The position numbers were made by a program, and so were the translations under genes. The notes under the pieces are model-generated. The model saw only the letters and a list, made by a program, of their open reading frames with translations. It ran no database searches and was not told the origin of the DNA. Below are positions 19,641 through 31,487 of a stretch of DNA of 64,000 nt, in pieces. Position 1 is the first letter of the stretch. The number at the start of each line of letters is the position of its first letter. Source of the DNA: an uncultured Gammaproteobacteria bacterium (GTDB lineage: Bacteria; Pseudomonadota; Gammaproteobacteria; Steroidobacterales; Steroidobacteraceae); the NCBI GenBank assembly GCA_963817195.1, contig CAWFNJ010000002.1:1511-65510 (forward strand), written 5' to 3'.

Positions 19641-19829
19641 TTTTCGTCCATTTCTTCGTTCGAGTCGCGGCCGAGACGGCCCGAGATCGCCCAAAAAAGC
19701 CGGCTAGTTTCGCCTACCGGAGCGAATAACTCAAATGGCCGCGTCGTCGCGAAGGCGCCTCGCCGGACCCGCCTCGGCGAAGGGCTCGAGCGCACGGAAC
19801 CTCCGGGGTGCGGATCGACTCTAGACCCC

Positions 19830-19835
19830 TATAAT
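19830..19835 (+). promoter_or_regulatory. perfect TATAAT -10 hexamer upstream of the RND operon (candidate promoter element)
   Basis: 'cccctataatgcgg' lies 62 nt upstream of the adaptor start, in the 256-bp divergent gap shared with the nucleotidyltransferase gene. I saw no convincing -35 box. Confidence 0.25.
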
Positions 19836-19896
19836 GCGGCTGCCGCTGACCGCTCCGCACCGGATAACAGGACGGGAGGACGAAGCCTCGTTCCCG

Positions 19897-21310
19897 ATGA
19901 CCGACCCCGTTCCCACGAACTCCGACGCCCGAAGCCGAGGCCTTGCGGCCGACGCGGGTCACGACCGCGGCAAACGCGCTGGTGGATCGCCGTCGCCGTG
20001 GTCGGCATCGCCGCCATCGGCGCGGCGATCTGGTACGCAAGCGGGAAGCCGCTCACCGCCACGGCGACCGGGCGCCTCGCGTGGCGCCATGGGCGAGAAA
20101 GGCGGCAAGGGCGATGCCCCGCGCACGACGCCCGTCGTCGCCGCGCCGGTCCGCCAAGGCACGCTCGACGTCTACCTGTTCGCGCTCGGCACGGTGACGC
20201 CGCTCAACGCCGTCGTCGTCAGGAGCCGCGTCGACGGGCAGCTGATGAAGGTCGCCTTCGAGGAGGGCCAGATGGTGAAGGCGGGCGATCTCCTCGCCCA
20301 GATCGATCCGCGTCCGTTCGAGGTGCAGCTCACGCTCGCCAACGGACAGACGCGCGCGCGACCAGGCGCTGCTCGAGAACGCGCGCGTCGACGTCGAGCG
20401 CTATCGCACGCTGCTCGCGCAGGATTCGATCTCCAAGCAGCAGGTCGACACGCAGGAGTCGCTGGTGCGCCAGTACGAGGCCGCGGTGCAGGCCGACCAG
20501 GGCAACATCGACAACGCGAAGCTGCAGCTCACGTACACGCGCGTCGTCGCGCCGATCGGCGGCCGCGTCGGCCTGCGCCAGGTGGACCCGGGCAACATCG
20601 TGCGCGCCGCGGACGCGAACGGCATCGTCGTGATCACGCAGCTGTCGCCGATCGGCGTGGTGTTCCCCATTCCCGAGGACACGCTGCCGCGCGTGATGAA
20701 GCGGCTGCAGCGCGGGCGATCGCATCCCGGTCGACGCCTTCGACCGCGCGCAGAAGGAAAAGCTCGGCAGCGGGCCGGCTGCTGACCGCCGACAACCAGA
20801 TCGACACCACGACGGGCACGATCAAGCTCAAGGCCGAATTCGCCAACGCCGACGGCGTGCTCTTCGCGAACCAGTTCGTCAACGTGCGCATGCCGGTCGA
20901 GACGCGGCCGAACGCCACGCTCGTGCCGACGGCGGCGATTCAGCGCGGCGTCGCGGGAACGTTCGTCTACGTCGTCAAGGACGACAAGACGGTGACGGTG
21001 ACGCCGGTGCAGATCGGCTCGACGCAGGGCGAGGTCGACGTCGATCGAAAGCGGCGTCGCTCCGGGCGCGATGGTCGTCGTCGACGGCGCCGACCGGCTG
21101 CGCGAAGGCGCGAAGGTCGAGGTCGTCACGCGCGATGCGCCCGTTCCGGCGACGCCGCGAGGCGGCGCGGCGCGGGAAGCGCGGCGGCAAGGACGGCGGC
21201 AAGGCGGCGGCAAGCGGCGGCAAGGATGGCGCGGGCCACGCGGGAGCGCAGACTCGAAGCGACTGCGCACGCGCCGCGATGGCGACCGCTCGCGCCGAAA
21301 GTCGCTCTGA
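19897..21310 (+). CDS. mdtA: RND efflux periplasmic adaptor (MdtA/MuxA family), frameshifted
   Basis: ORF 19834..21462 has 'VVAAPVRQGTLDVYLFALGTVTPLNAVVVRSRVDGQLMKVAFEEGQMVKAGDLLAQIDPRPFEVQL' and 'ADNQIDTTTGTIKLKAEFANADGVLFANQFVNVRM'. ORF 20465..20785 has 'LQLTYTRVVAPIGGRVGLRQVDPGNIV'. Confidence 0.8.
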
Positions 21311-21316
21311 CTCCCG

Positions 21317-24300
21317 ATGAATCCGTCACGCCTGTTCATCCTCCGGCCGGTGGCGACCTCGCTGCTGATGGTCGCGATCCTGCTCGTCGGGCATCGTCGC
21401 GTACCGCGTGCTGCCGCTGTCGGCGCTGCCCAAGTTCGACTATCCGACGATCCAGGTCGTGACGCTGTATCCGGGCGCGAGCCCCGACGTGATCACCTCG
21501 TCGATCACCGCGCCGCTCGAGCGCCAGTTCGGCCAGATGCCGGGCCTGAACCAGATGTCGTCGACGAGCTCCGGCGGCGCTTCGGTCATCACGCTGCAGT
21601 TCAGCCTCGAGCTGCCGCTCGACGTCGCGGAGCAGGAAGTGCAGGCCGCGATCAACGCCGCCGGCAACTTCCTGCCGACGCGACCTGCCGCAGCCGCCGA
21701 TCTACAACAAGGTCAATCCGGCCGACACGCCGATCGTGACGCTGGCGCTGACGCTCGACGCACGATGCCGCTGCCGAAGATCCAGGATCTCGCCGACACG
21801 CGGCTCGCGCACGAAGATCTCGCAGCTCGCCGGCGTCGGGCTCGTCAGCATCAGCGGCGGCCAGCGGCCGGCGGTGCGCATCCAGGCCAATCCGAAGGCG
21901 CTCGCCGCGTACGACCTGTCGCTCGACGACCTGCGCACCGCGATCGCCAACGCCAACGCGAATCAGGCCAAGGGCAGCTTCGACGGCCCGACGCGCGCGT
22001 CGACGATCGACGCCAACGACCAGCTCAAGTCGGCCGACGAATATCAAGTCGATGATCGTCGCCTACCGCAACGGCGCGCCGGTGCGGCTCGTCGACGTCG
22101 CCGACGTCATCGACGGCGCCGAGAACACGCGCCTCGCGGCGTGGGCGAACGACTCGGCCGGCGGTCATCGTCAACATCCAGCGCCAGCCGGGCGCGAACG
22201 TCATCGAGGTGGTCGACCGCATCAAGCGCCTGCTGCCGCAGCTTCAGGCGTCGCTGCCGGCCGCGGTCGACGTCACGATGCTGACCGACCGCACCGTGAC
22301 GATCCGCGCGTCGGTGCGCGACGTGCAGTTCGAGCTGCTGCTCGCCGTCGCGCTCGTGGTGATGATCATCTTCGTGTTCCTGCGCAACGTGCCGGCGACC
22401 GTCATCCCGAGCGTGGCCGTGCCGCTGTCGCTGATCGGCACGTTCGCGGTGATGTACCTCGCCGGCTTCTCGATCAACAACCTGACGCTGATGGCGCTGA
22501 CCATCGCCACGGGCTTCGTCGTCGACGACGCCATCGTGATGATCGAGAACATCTCGCGCTACATCGAGAAGGGCGAGTCGCCGCTCGAGGCGGCGTTGAA
22601 GGGCGCGGAGCAGATCGGCTTCACCATCATCTCGCTGACGGTGTCGCTCATCGCCGTGCTGATCCCGCTGCTGTTCATGGGCGACGTCGTCGGCCGGCTG
22701 TTCCGCGAGTTCGCGATCACGCTCGCGGTCGCCATCCTGCTGTCCGCCGTGGTCTCGCTGACGCTGACGCCGATGATGTGCGCGCGCCTCCTGCGCCACG
22801 TCCCGGTGCGCGAGCAGGGACGCTTCTTCCGCAAGAGCGGCGAGTGGTTCGACCGCGTGATCGCCGGCTACGCGCGCATGCTGACCTGGGTGCTCGACCG
22901 CCAGGGCGCGACGCTGCTCGTCGCGCTCGCCACGCTGGCGCTCACCATCGTGCTGTACATCGTGATCCCCAAGGGCTTCTTCCCGGTCCAGGACACCGGC
23001 GCGATCCAGGGCATCTCGGAAGCCTCGCCGACGATCTCGTTCGCCGCGATGGCCGAGCGCCAGCAGGCGCTCGCGAAGGTGATCCTGCAGGACCCCGCGG
23101 TGGAGAGCCTGTCGTCGTTCATCGGCGTCGACGGCACACAATCCGACGCTGAACAGCGGCCGCTTCCTGATCAACCTGAAGCCGCTCGTCGCAACGCGAG
23201 CGGCAGCGCCACCGACGTCATCCGGCGCCTGCAGGAGTCGCTCGCCGGCGTCGAAGGCATCGCGCTCTACATGCAGCCGGTGCAGGACCTGACCATCGAG
23301 GACAAGGTGAGCCGCACGCAATACCAGTTCTCGGTGGAGGACGCGAACGCGGACGAGCTCGCGCACTGGGTGCCGAAGCTCGTCGAGCGGCTGCGCCAGG
23401 ATCCGCGGCTCGCGGACGTCGCGAGCGACCAGCAGGAAGGCGGGCTGCAGGCGTACGTCGAGATCGACCGCGCGGCGGCGAGCCGCTTCGGCATCACGCC
23501 GGCGATGATCGACAGCGCGCTGTACAACGCTTTCGGCCAGCGCCTCGTCTCGACGATCTTCACGCAGACCAACCAGTATCGCGTCGTGCTCGAGGTCGGG
23601 CCGGAGTTCCGCAAGGGCCCGGCCGCGCTCGACGGCATCTACGTCAATGCGCCGAACGCCAGCGCCGCGGCCGCAGCCGCCGGCGCGGGCGTCGGGCACC
23701 GCCGCGCCAGCGGCCGAGCGCCGCGACGCAGCAGGTCCCGCTGTCGGCGCTCGCGCGGGTCGTCGAGCGCACGGCGCCGCTCGTCGTCAGCCGCATCGGG
23801 CAGTTTCCGGCGGCCACGATTTCCTTCAACCTGGCGCACGGCGCATCGCTGGGCGACGCCGTCAAGGCCATCGAGGCGGCGCAGCGCGACATCGGCATGC
23901 CGGCGAGCGCGCAGGTGAAGCTCCAGGGCGCGGCGCTCGCGTTCCGCGCCTCGCTCGCCAACCAGCTGCTGGCTGATCCTGGCGGCGATCGTCACCGTCT
24001 ACATCGTGCTGGGCGTGCTGTACGAGAGCTACATCCACCCCATCACGATCCTGTCCACGCTGCCGTCGGCGGGCGTCGGCGCGCTGCTCGCGCTGCTGCT
24101 CACGCGGCAACGATCTCGACGTGATCGCCATCATCGGCATCATCCTGCTGATCGGCATCGTGAAGAAGAACGCGATCATGATGATCGACTTCGCGATCGA
24201 CGCCGAGCGCGAGCGCAAGCTCGCGCCGCGCGACGCGATCTTCGAGGCGTCGCTGCTGCGCTTCCGGCCGATCATGATGACGACGATGGCGGCGCTGCTG

Positions 24301-24516
24301 GGCGCGCTGCCGCTGATGATCGGCTGGGGCGTGGGCTCCGAGCTCCGCCATCCGCTCGGCATCACGATGGTCGGCGGCCTGATCGTGAGCCAGGCGCTGA
24401 CGCTGTTCACCACGCCGGTCATCTATCTCGCGTTCGACCGGCTCGAGCGCCGGATGAAGGCGCGGCGCGAGCGCTGCGCGCGGCGCGGGCCGCGGCGCTC
24501 GGGCAGCGGGCCATGA
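21317..24516 (+). CDS. mdtB: RND permease (MdtB/MuxB family), heavily frameshifted
   Basis: It starts '[25 protein letters not shown]'. The core in ORF 22209..23918 has '[28 protein letters not shown]'. The C-terminus in ORF 24121..24516 has '[42 protein letters not shown]'. The gene is readable only by hopping across at least 8 listed ORFs. Confidence 0.85.
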
Positions 24517-24522
24517 GCGACG

Positions 24523-27500
24523 ATGAACATCTCGTCGCCCTTCATCGACCGCCCGGTCGCGACGACGCTGCTCACGATCGGCGCGGTGCTCGCCGGCGCG
24601 GTGGCGTTCCGCCTGCTTCCGGTGTCGCCGCTGCCGCGGGTCGACCTGCCGACGATCTCGGTGTCGGCGTCGCTGCCGGGCGCGAGTCCCGAGACGATGG
24701 CGGCGACGGTCGCGATGCCGCTCGAGCGCTCGCTCGGGCCTCATCGCCGGCGTGACGGAAATGACGTCGACGAGCGCGCTCGGCTCGACGCGCATCGTGC
24801 TGCAGTTCGACCTCGACCGCGACATCAACGGCGCCGCGCGCGACGTGCAGGCCGCGATCAACGCGGCGCGGAGCTCGCTGCCGACGGGCCTGCAACGGCA
24901 ACCCGTCGTATCGCAAGGTCAATCCGGCCGATGCGCCGATCATGATCCTGGCGCTCACGTCGGAGACGATGACGCAGGGCCAGATGTACGACGCCGCGTC
25001 GACGATCATCGCGCAGAAGCTCTCGCAGATCGACGGCGTCGGCCAGGTCCAGGTCGGCGGCAGCTCGCTTCCCGCCGTGCGCGTCGAGATCAATCCGCAG
25101 GCGCTCTACAAGTACGGCATCGGCTTCGAGGACGTGCGCGCGGCGCTCGCCGCGGCCAATGCCAATCGGCCCAAAGGCATGGTGGACGACGGCACGCGCA
25201 CCTGGCAGATCGACGCCAACGACCAGGCGAAGACCGCCGCGCGAATACCTGCCGCTGATCGTCTCCTATCGCAACGGCGCCGCCGGTGCGCATCACCGAC
25301 GTCGCGGAAGTCGTCGACTCGGTCCAGGACCTGCGCAACGCGGGATCGTCCAACGGCAAGCCGTCGGTGCTCGTGATCGTCAGCCGGCAGCCCAACGCCA
25401 ACATCATCGAGACCGTCGACCGCGTGCATGGAGCTCGTGCCCGCGCTGCGCGCGTCGATTCCGGCGCGCCATCGATCTGCAGGTGATGATGGAGCGCACG
25501 ACGACGATCCGCGCGTCGCTGCGCGACGCCGGGCGCACGCTCGCGTTCTCGGTCGCGCTGGTCGTGCTGGTCGTGTTCCTGTTCCTGCGCCACGGCCGCG
25601 CGACACTGATCCCGAGCGTCGCGGTGCCGGTGTCGCTGACGGTCACCTTCGGCGTCATGTATCTCTTCGGCTACAGCCTCGACAACCTGTCGCTGATGGC
25701 GCTCACCATCGCGACCGGATTCGTGGTCGACGACGCGATCGTCGTGCTCGAGAACGTCTCGCGCCATATCGAGGCCGGCATGCCGCCGATGGAGGCGGCG
25801 CGCGTCGGCGCCGGCGAGGTCGGCTTCACCGTGCTCGCGATGACGCTCTCGCTGGTCGCGGTGTTCATCCCGCTCCTGCTGATGGGCGGCTTCGTGGGCC
25901 GCTTCTTCCGCGAGTTCGCGGTGACGCTGTCGGCGGCGATCCTGGTCTCGCTCGTCGTCTCGCTCACCACGACGCCGATGATGTGCTCGCGGCTGCTGCT
26001 GCCGGCGGGCGAGCGGCGCACGGGCCGGTTCCACCGCGTGGAGCGAGCGCGCGTTCGTCGGCGATGCTCGAGGCTTACGGGCGCACGCTCTCGCTGGGCG
26101 CTCGATCACGCCCCGCTCACCGTGCTGATGCTGCTCGCGACCGTGGCGCTCAATGTCTTTCTCTACGTGATCGTCCCGAAGGGCTTCTTCCCGCAGCAGG
26201 ACACGGGGCAGCTCATCGGCCGCATCCAGGCCGACCAGAGCATCTCGTTCCAGGCGATGCGGCAGAAGCTCGCCGACTTCATCGCGATCGTGCGCGCGGA
26301 CCCGGCGGTGGCGAACGTCGTCGGCTTCACCGGCGGCGCAGCAGCGCAACACGGGCTCGATGTTCGTCACGCTGAAGCCGCTGTCCGAGCGCGAGGACAG
26401 CGCCGACCAGATCGTCGCGCGGCTGCGCCGCGAGCTCGCGCGCGAGCCCGGCGCCAATCTCTTCCTGCACGCCGGTGCAGGATATCCGCGTCGGCGGCCG
26501 GCAGAGCAACGCGACCTACCAGTACACGATCCAGGCCGACGACCTCGCCGACCTCGCGACGTGGGAGCCGCGCATCCGCGCTCGCGCTGTCGCAGCTCCC
26601 CGAGCTCGTCGACGTCAACACCGACCAGCAGAACAAGGGGCTGTCGACGTCGCTCGTGATCGATCGCGACGCCGCGGCGCGTCTCGGCGTGACGCCGCGG
26701 ACGATCGATGCGACGCTCAACGATGCGTTCGCGCAGCGCCAGGTCTCGACGATCTACTCGCCGCGCAACCAGTACTACGTGGTGATGGAAGCCGCGCCGG
26801 AATACTGGCAATCCGCCGGATGCGCTCAACCAGATGCACGTCAGCGCGCAGGGCGGCGCGCAGGTGCCGCTGTCGATGTTCGCGCGGCATACGGCGACCG
26901 AGACCTCGCTCGCGGTCAATCACCAGTCGCAGTTCGTCGCTTCCACCATTTCGTTCAACCTCGCCGGAAGGCGTGTCGCTGTCGCAGGCGACCGCAGGCG
27001 ATCGACGCACGCGCTCGCCCGCATCGGCGTGCCGACGACGGTGCGCGGCAGCTTCCAGGGATCCGCGCGCGCGTTCCGGGCCGCGCTCGAGACCCAGCCC
27101 ATGCTGATCCTCGCGGCGCTCCTGACGCTCTACATCGTGCTGGGCGTGCTGTACGAGAGCTTCGTTCATCCGCTCACGATCCTGTCGACGCTGCCCTCGG
27201 CCGGCGTCGGCGCGCTGCGTCGCGCTGATGCTGTTCAAGACCGACTTCAGCATCATCGCGCTGATCGGCGTGATCATGCTGATCGGCATCGTGCAGAAGA
27301 ACGCGATCATGATGATCGACTTCGCGCTCGACGACCGAGCGCGGCAGCAACGCGAGCGCGCGCGACGCGATCTTCGAGGCGTGCCTGCTGCGCTTCCGGC
27401 CGATCCTGATGACGACGCTCTCGGCGTTGCTCGCCGCGATCCCGCTCGCGCTCGGCACGGGGCGACGGCGCGGAGCTGCGCCAGCCGCTCGGCATCGCGA

Positions 27501-27660
27501 TCGGCGGAGGACTCATCCTGAGCCAGCTCCTGACGCTGTACACGACGCCGATCGTCTATCTCTACCTCGACCGCCTGAGCGACCGGGCCGCGAGCCTGCG
27601 GCGCACGGCGCTGGCGGCGCGCGCGTCTCGCACGCACGTCCGGCGGACGCGCCGCAATGA
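24523..27660 (+). CDS. mdtC: RND permease (MdtC/MuxC family), heavily frameshifted
   Basis: ORF 24523.. has '[25 protein letters not shown]'. ORF 25159..27228 has '[28 protein letters not shown]'. ORF 27228.. has '[24 protein letters not shown]'. The manual tail is '[30 protein letters not shown]'. Confidence 0.85.
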
Positions 27661-29047
27661 CGCGCGCCCGCTCCTTCGTGCTGCGCATCGTGCCGCCATC
27701 GTCGCCGTGGTCGCGCGCGTCGCGCTGCCGCGTCGTGCACCGTCGGACCCGACTACGTCCGGCCCGCCGCCGATGTCCCGCCCGCGTACAAGGAAGCGAA
27801 GGATGGCAGCGTCGCGGCCGCGCCGAGCGCGATTCCCGCCGGCGCCTGGTGGGAGATCTTCGGCGATCCCGAGCTCGAACGCGCTGGAATCGCAGGTCGT
27901 GCTCAACAGCCAGACGATTCGCGCCGCCGAAGCGCGCGTCGCGCCAGGCGCAAGCGCTGATCGACGTCGCCCGCGCGCCCGGGCTTCCCGACGCTCAACG
28001 CCGCCAGCACCAACAAGAAAGTCGGGCTCACCGCCGGCTGGGAGCTCGATCTGTGGGGCCGCATCCGGCGCAGCGTCGAAGCGAGCGAGGCCGGCGCCGA
28101 AGCGAGCGCCGACGACCTCGCGGCGGCGACGCTCTCGATGCAGGCGCAGGTCGCGCAGAACTACTTCCTGCTGCGCGTCCAGGACGCGGAAATCCGGCTG
28201 CTGCAGGACAGCGTCGCGCGCTACGAGCGATCGCTGCAGCTCACGCGAAACCAGTACGACGCCGGCGTCGCATCGCGCGGCGACGTCGTGCAGGCCGAGG
28301 CGCAGCTCAAGTCGACGCGCACGCAGACGCTCGACGGCGCAGTTGAACAGGGCGCAGCTCGAGCACGCGATCGCCGTCCTCGATCGGCAAGGCGCCCGCC
28401 GACTTGAGCATCGCCGCCACGACCGCCGACATGCGCGATCCCGGCGGTGCCTCCGGCGCTGCCTTCCGAATTGCTCGATCCGGCGGCCGGACATCGCCGC
28501 CGCCGAACGCCGGATGGCGGCGGCCAACGCGCAGATCGGCGTCGCGCAGGCCGACGTTCTATCCGTCGGCGCGTCTCTTCGCCGGCGGCGGCATCGACAT
28601 CAGCTTCGCCGGCGGCATCGCGCTCGCCCAGTACATTCTCGACGGCGGGTTGCGCGAGGCGACGAAGGCGCAGGCCACGGCAGCCTACGAGGAGACCGAT
28701 CGCCAATTACCGGCAGACGGTGCTCGTCGGCGCTCCGCGACGTGGAGGACAATCTCGTCGCCGTGCGCATTCTCGAGGAGGAGGCCGGCGTGCAGGCCGC
28801 GGCGGTCAAGGCGTCGCGCGAATCGGTGACGATCACGAACAACCAGTACCGCGCCGGCATCGTCACGTATCTGGCCGTCGTCGTCGTGCAGGCCGCGGCG
28901 CTCGTCAACGAGCGCGCCGACCTCGCCATCGAGGGCCGGCGCCTCGTCGCCAGCGTGAACCTGATCAAGGCGTTGGGGGGCGGCTGGCAGGCGCCCGCCG
29001 ACCGACACAGGCGAGCGCCGCGAAGTAGGTACGAACGCGGCGGATAG
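27657..29047 (+). CDS. RND efflux outer-membrane lipoprotein (NodT/OpmB family), frameshifted
   Basis: Manual N-terminus is '[19 protein letters not shown]...[14 protein letters not shown]'. ORF 28138.. has '[56 protein letters not shown]'. ORF 27707..29047 ends '[17 protein letters not shown]'. Confidence 0.75.
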
Positions 29048-29074
29048 CGCGCGCCGGCGCGACGCTCAGCTTGT

Positions 29075-30039
29075 TCAGGCCGGCGCCGCCGCGAGCGCCT
29101 GACGGAGGCGCCGCCCGTCTTCCGGAACGAAGCGGCCGCGGTCGAGCGAGTAGGCCCGCACCGCGACGCGCAAGCTTCCAGCCGTCTTCGCTGCGGCGGA
29201 TCCGATAGAGGTGATACGTCGCGTAGCGGTCGACGTGCTTGCCGATCGCCGAAGCCGAAGGGACGCCGATGGCGAGGTTCCGGCCGCGCGCGCCGTCGAG
29301 ATAGGCGGCCGCGGAAAAGTGCGCGTGGCCGTGCAGCGTGAGCTCCGCGCCGCGGCGCGCGAGCACGTCGCGCAGCGCCGCGCCGTCGCGCAGCGACTTG
29401 CGCCAGCGCACCGTGTGCGACGCCGGCGGATGGTGCAAGAGCACGATGCGGAACAAGCCGTCGCGCCCGGTTTGCTCGAGCAGCGCGTCGAGCCGCGCCA
29501 ACTGCTTCTCGCCCAGGCGCCCCGTGGCGAGAAAGGGCGCCGACGGCAGCGCCGTCGACAACCCGATCAGCGCGACGTGCCGGCGAATGCGCAACGTCGG
29601 AAACGCATCGCCGCCCTCGCCTCGAGCTGCCGCATCGTCGCTGCGCACCGCGGCATCGTCGCCGCGCACAGCGGCGTCGTCGCCGCACATGTACGCCGAC
29701 CATTGCGCGAACGTGTCCTGCCACGATTCGCGGACGTAGGCGTCGTGATTGCCGGGAACGACGGTGATGGTTTCCGGCGGGCCCAGCCGCCGCGAGCCAC
29801 GCCGCCGCCTGCCGGAACTCCTGCGGCAGCCCGATGTGCGTGAGATCGCCGGTCACGGCGATGTGATCGAAGTGCTCGGAGTGGAGGTCCGCGCGCAGCG
29901 CATCGAGCACGTCGGTGCGGTGCTCGCGGCGGCGCCGATGGCGCCACGACAGGTAGCCAAGGAGCCGCTTGCCGATGAGCGCGCGCGGGCGCACGCCCTC
30001 GAGCGACGAGAGATGCAGATCGGACAAGTGCGCCAGCAC
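29075..30039 (-). CDS. calcineurin-like metallophosphoesterase, frameshifted
   Basis: ORF 28600..30039 has 'MLAHLSDLHLS' and 'IAVTGDLTHIG'. ORF 28965..29690 has 'IVLLHHPP' and 'LTLHGHAHF'. The C-terminus and stop (29075-29077) were reconstructed manually: 'WKLRVAVRAYSLDRGRFVPEDGRRLRQALAAAPA*'. Confidence 0.7.
29630..29692. repeat. imperfect 21-bp tandem repeat x3 inside the metallophosphoesterase gene (encodes GDDAAVR-GDDAAVR-SDDAAAR)
   Basis: The units are 'ccgcatcgtcgctgcgcaccg', 'cggcatcgtcgccgcgcacag' and 'cggcgtcgtcgccgcacatgt'. The minus-strand translation in ORF 28965..29690 is 'CGDDAAVRGDDAAVRSDDAAARGEGG'. Confidence 0.7.
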
Positions 30040-30260
30040 GAAGTCGGCGTCCGAGCGCCGAACGACGAGCGCGACGCGAAAGCGCGCTCGTCCGCGTCGA
30101 TCGTGAGCTCAACGGGTCGCATGCGGTTAGTATATGATGCCGCGCTTCGGCGCCTCTTGAACCGCGCCCCTCCGCCTTCGTCGCGCAGCGAAGCGCGACC
30201 TCCAGCGGCGCCTCCGCCGCTCGAACCCCGCAGGCCCGAAAGATCGACATCGACGACAAC

Positions 30261-31474
30261 ATGGTTGCAGTGGTCGTGGGCGACAGCCCCATCCGCCTGT
30301 GGGGCCTTACGCCCGCGGAACGGATCGAACGCCAGTTGCGAGCCGAACGCATCCCCGTGTCCCGCGACGGTCTCGCCGCCCCGCCGGCGACGGGAACGCT
30401 CCTGATGCTGCGCGGCGACTACCTCTACGATGCCCGCGTGATCCGCGGGCTCGCCAAAGTCCGCAACGCGATCCTCGAAGTGGAGGTCGACGGGCGCTCG
30501 CTGCCGGTGGCGGCGCATGTCGGCGTGAACGACGCACCGGTCGCCCGCGCGTCGCTCGACGGCGCACCGGATCGACGCGACGGCGTCGGGCATCGCCAAG
30601 GTCGGTCTCGCCGACGTCGCGCAGGGCTACGAAGCGGGGTTGAAGAAGCTCGATCGGCCCTTCGTTCTTCCGGTCACCGCGGAGCGGCGGCCCGCGCTCG
30701 AGCAGCTCACGTTCTCCGGCGCGTACAAGGGCGTCACCGATCTCGTCACCAAATGGCTGTGGCCCGTTCCGGCACAGTGGGTCACGCGCTGGTGCGTGCG
30801 GATGGGAATGACTGCCAACCAGGTGACGGCCGCGAGCCTCGTGCTCGTCATCGTCGCGGGCGTGCTGTTCGCGCGCGGCGAGTTCGCCTGGGGCCTTGTC
30901 GCCGGCTGGATCATGACGTTTCTCGACACCGTCGACGGCAAGCTCGCGCGCGTGACGATCACGTCGACCCAGTTCGGCAACGTGTTCGATCACGGGATCG
31001 ATCTCATCCACCCTCCGCTCTGGTACTTCGCCTGGGGCGTGGGACTCGCGCTCGATCCGCCGGCGATCGGCGGAGTCCCGCTCGCCTGGATCTACTGGGC
31101 AATCCTCGCCGGCTACGTCGGCGGGCGTCTTTGCGAAGGCGCGTTCCAGCTCTTCATCGCGCGCTTCTCGATCTTCACGTGGCGGCCGTTCGACTCGTGG
31201 TTCCGGCTGGTCGCGGCGCGACGCAATCCGAACATGATCATGCTCACCGTGAGCCTGGCGCTCGGGCGCCCGGATCTGGGCCTGCTCGCCGTTGCAGTAT
31301 GGACGGTCGCGTCGATGGTGCTGCTGCTGGCGCGGCTCCTGCTGGCCGCGCTCGAGAAGCACAACCGGGTGACGATCCGCTCGTGGCTCTCGGAGATCGG
31401 CGAGCACGATGGACGAGCATGCGCTGACGGCACGGGTGTTCGCCCACGCCGCTCCCACCGCGCGCAAGGCGTAA
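30261..31474 (+). CDS. CDP-alcohol phosphatidyltransferase-family membrane enzyme with ~125-aa soluble N-terminal extension, frameshifted
   Basis: ORF 30261.. gives the N-terminus 'MVAVVVGDSPIRLWGLTPAERIERQL'. ORF 30640.. has 'FLDTVDGKLARVTITSTQFGNVFDHGIDLIHP', the full D-x2-D-G-x2-A-R-x8-G-x3-D-x3-D motif (from nt 30925), plus multiple TM helices. Stop inferred at 31472-31474 after a terminal frame change. Confidence 0.75.
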
Positions 31475-31487
31475 CGGCGGCGGCGAC

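Noticed and set aside
21181-21226. Possible CRISPR or minisatellite arrays: GGCGGCAAG x4 at 21181-21226, 'cgcgtagtttt' x2 at ~7998-8022, and the 21-bp x3 repeat at 29630-29692.
   Set aside because: These are short, contiguous repeats without spacers. Two lie inside coding sequence, and the third immediately follows a stop codon. No cas genes are present. They are low-complexity or slippage repeats, not CRISPR.
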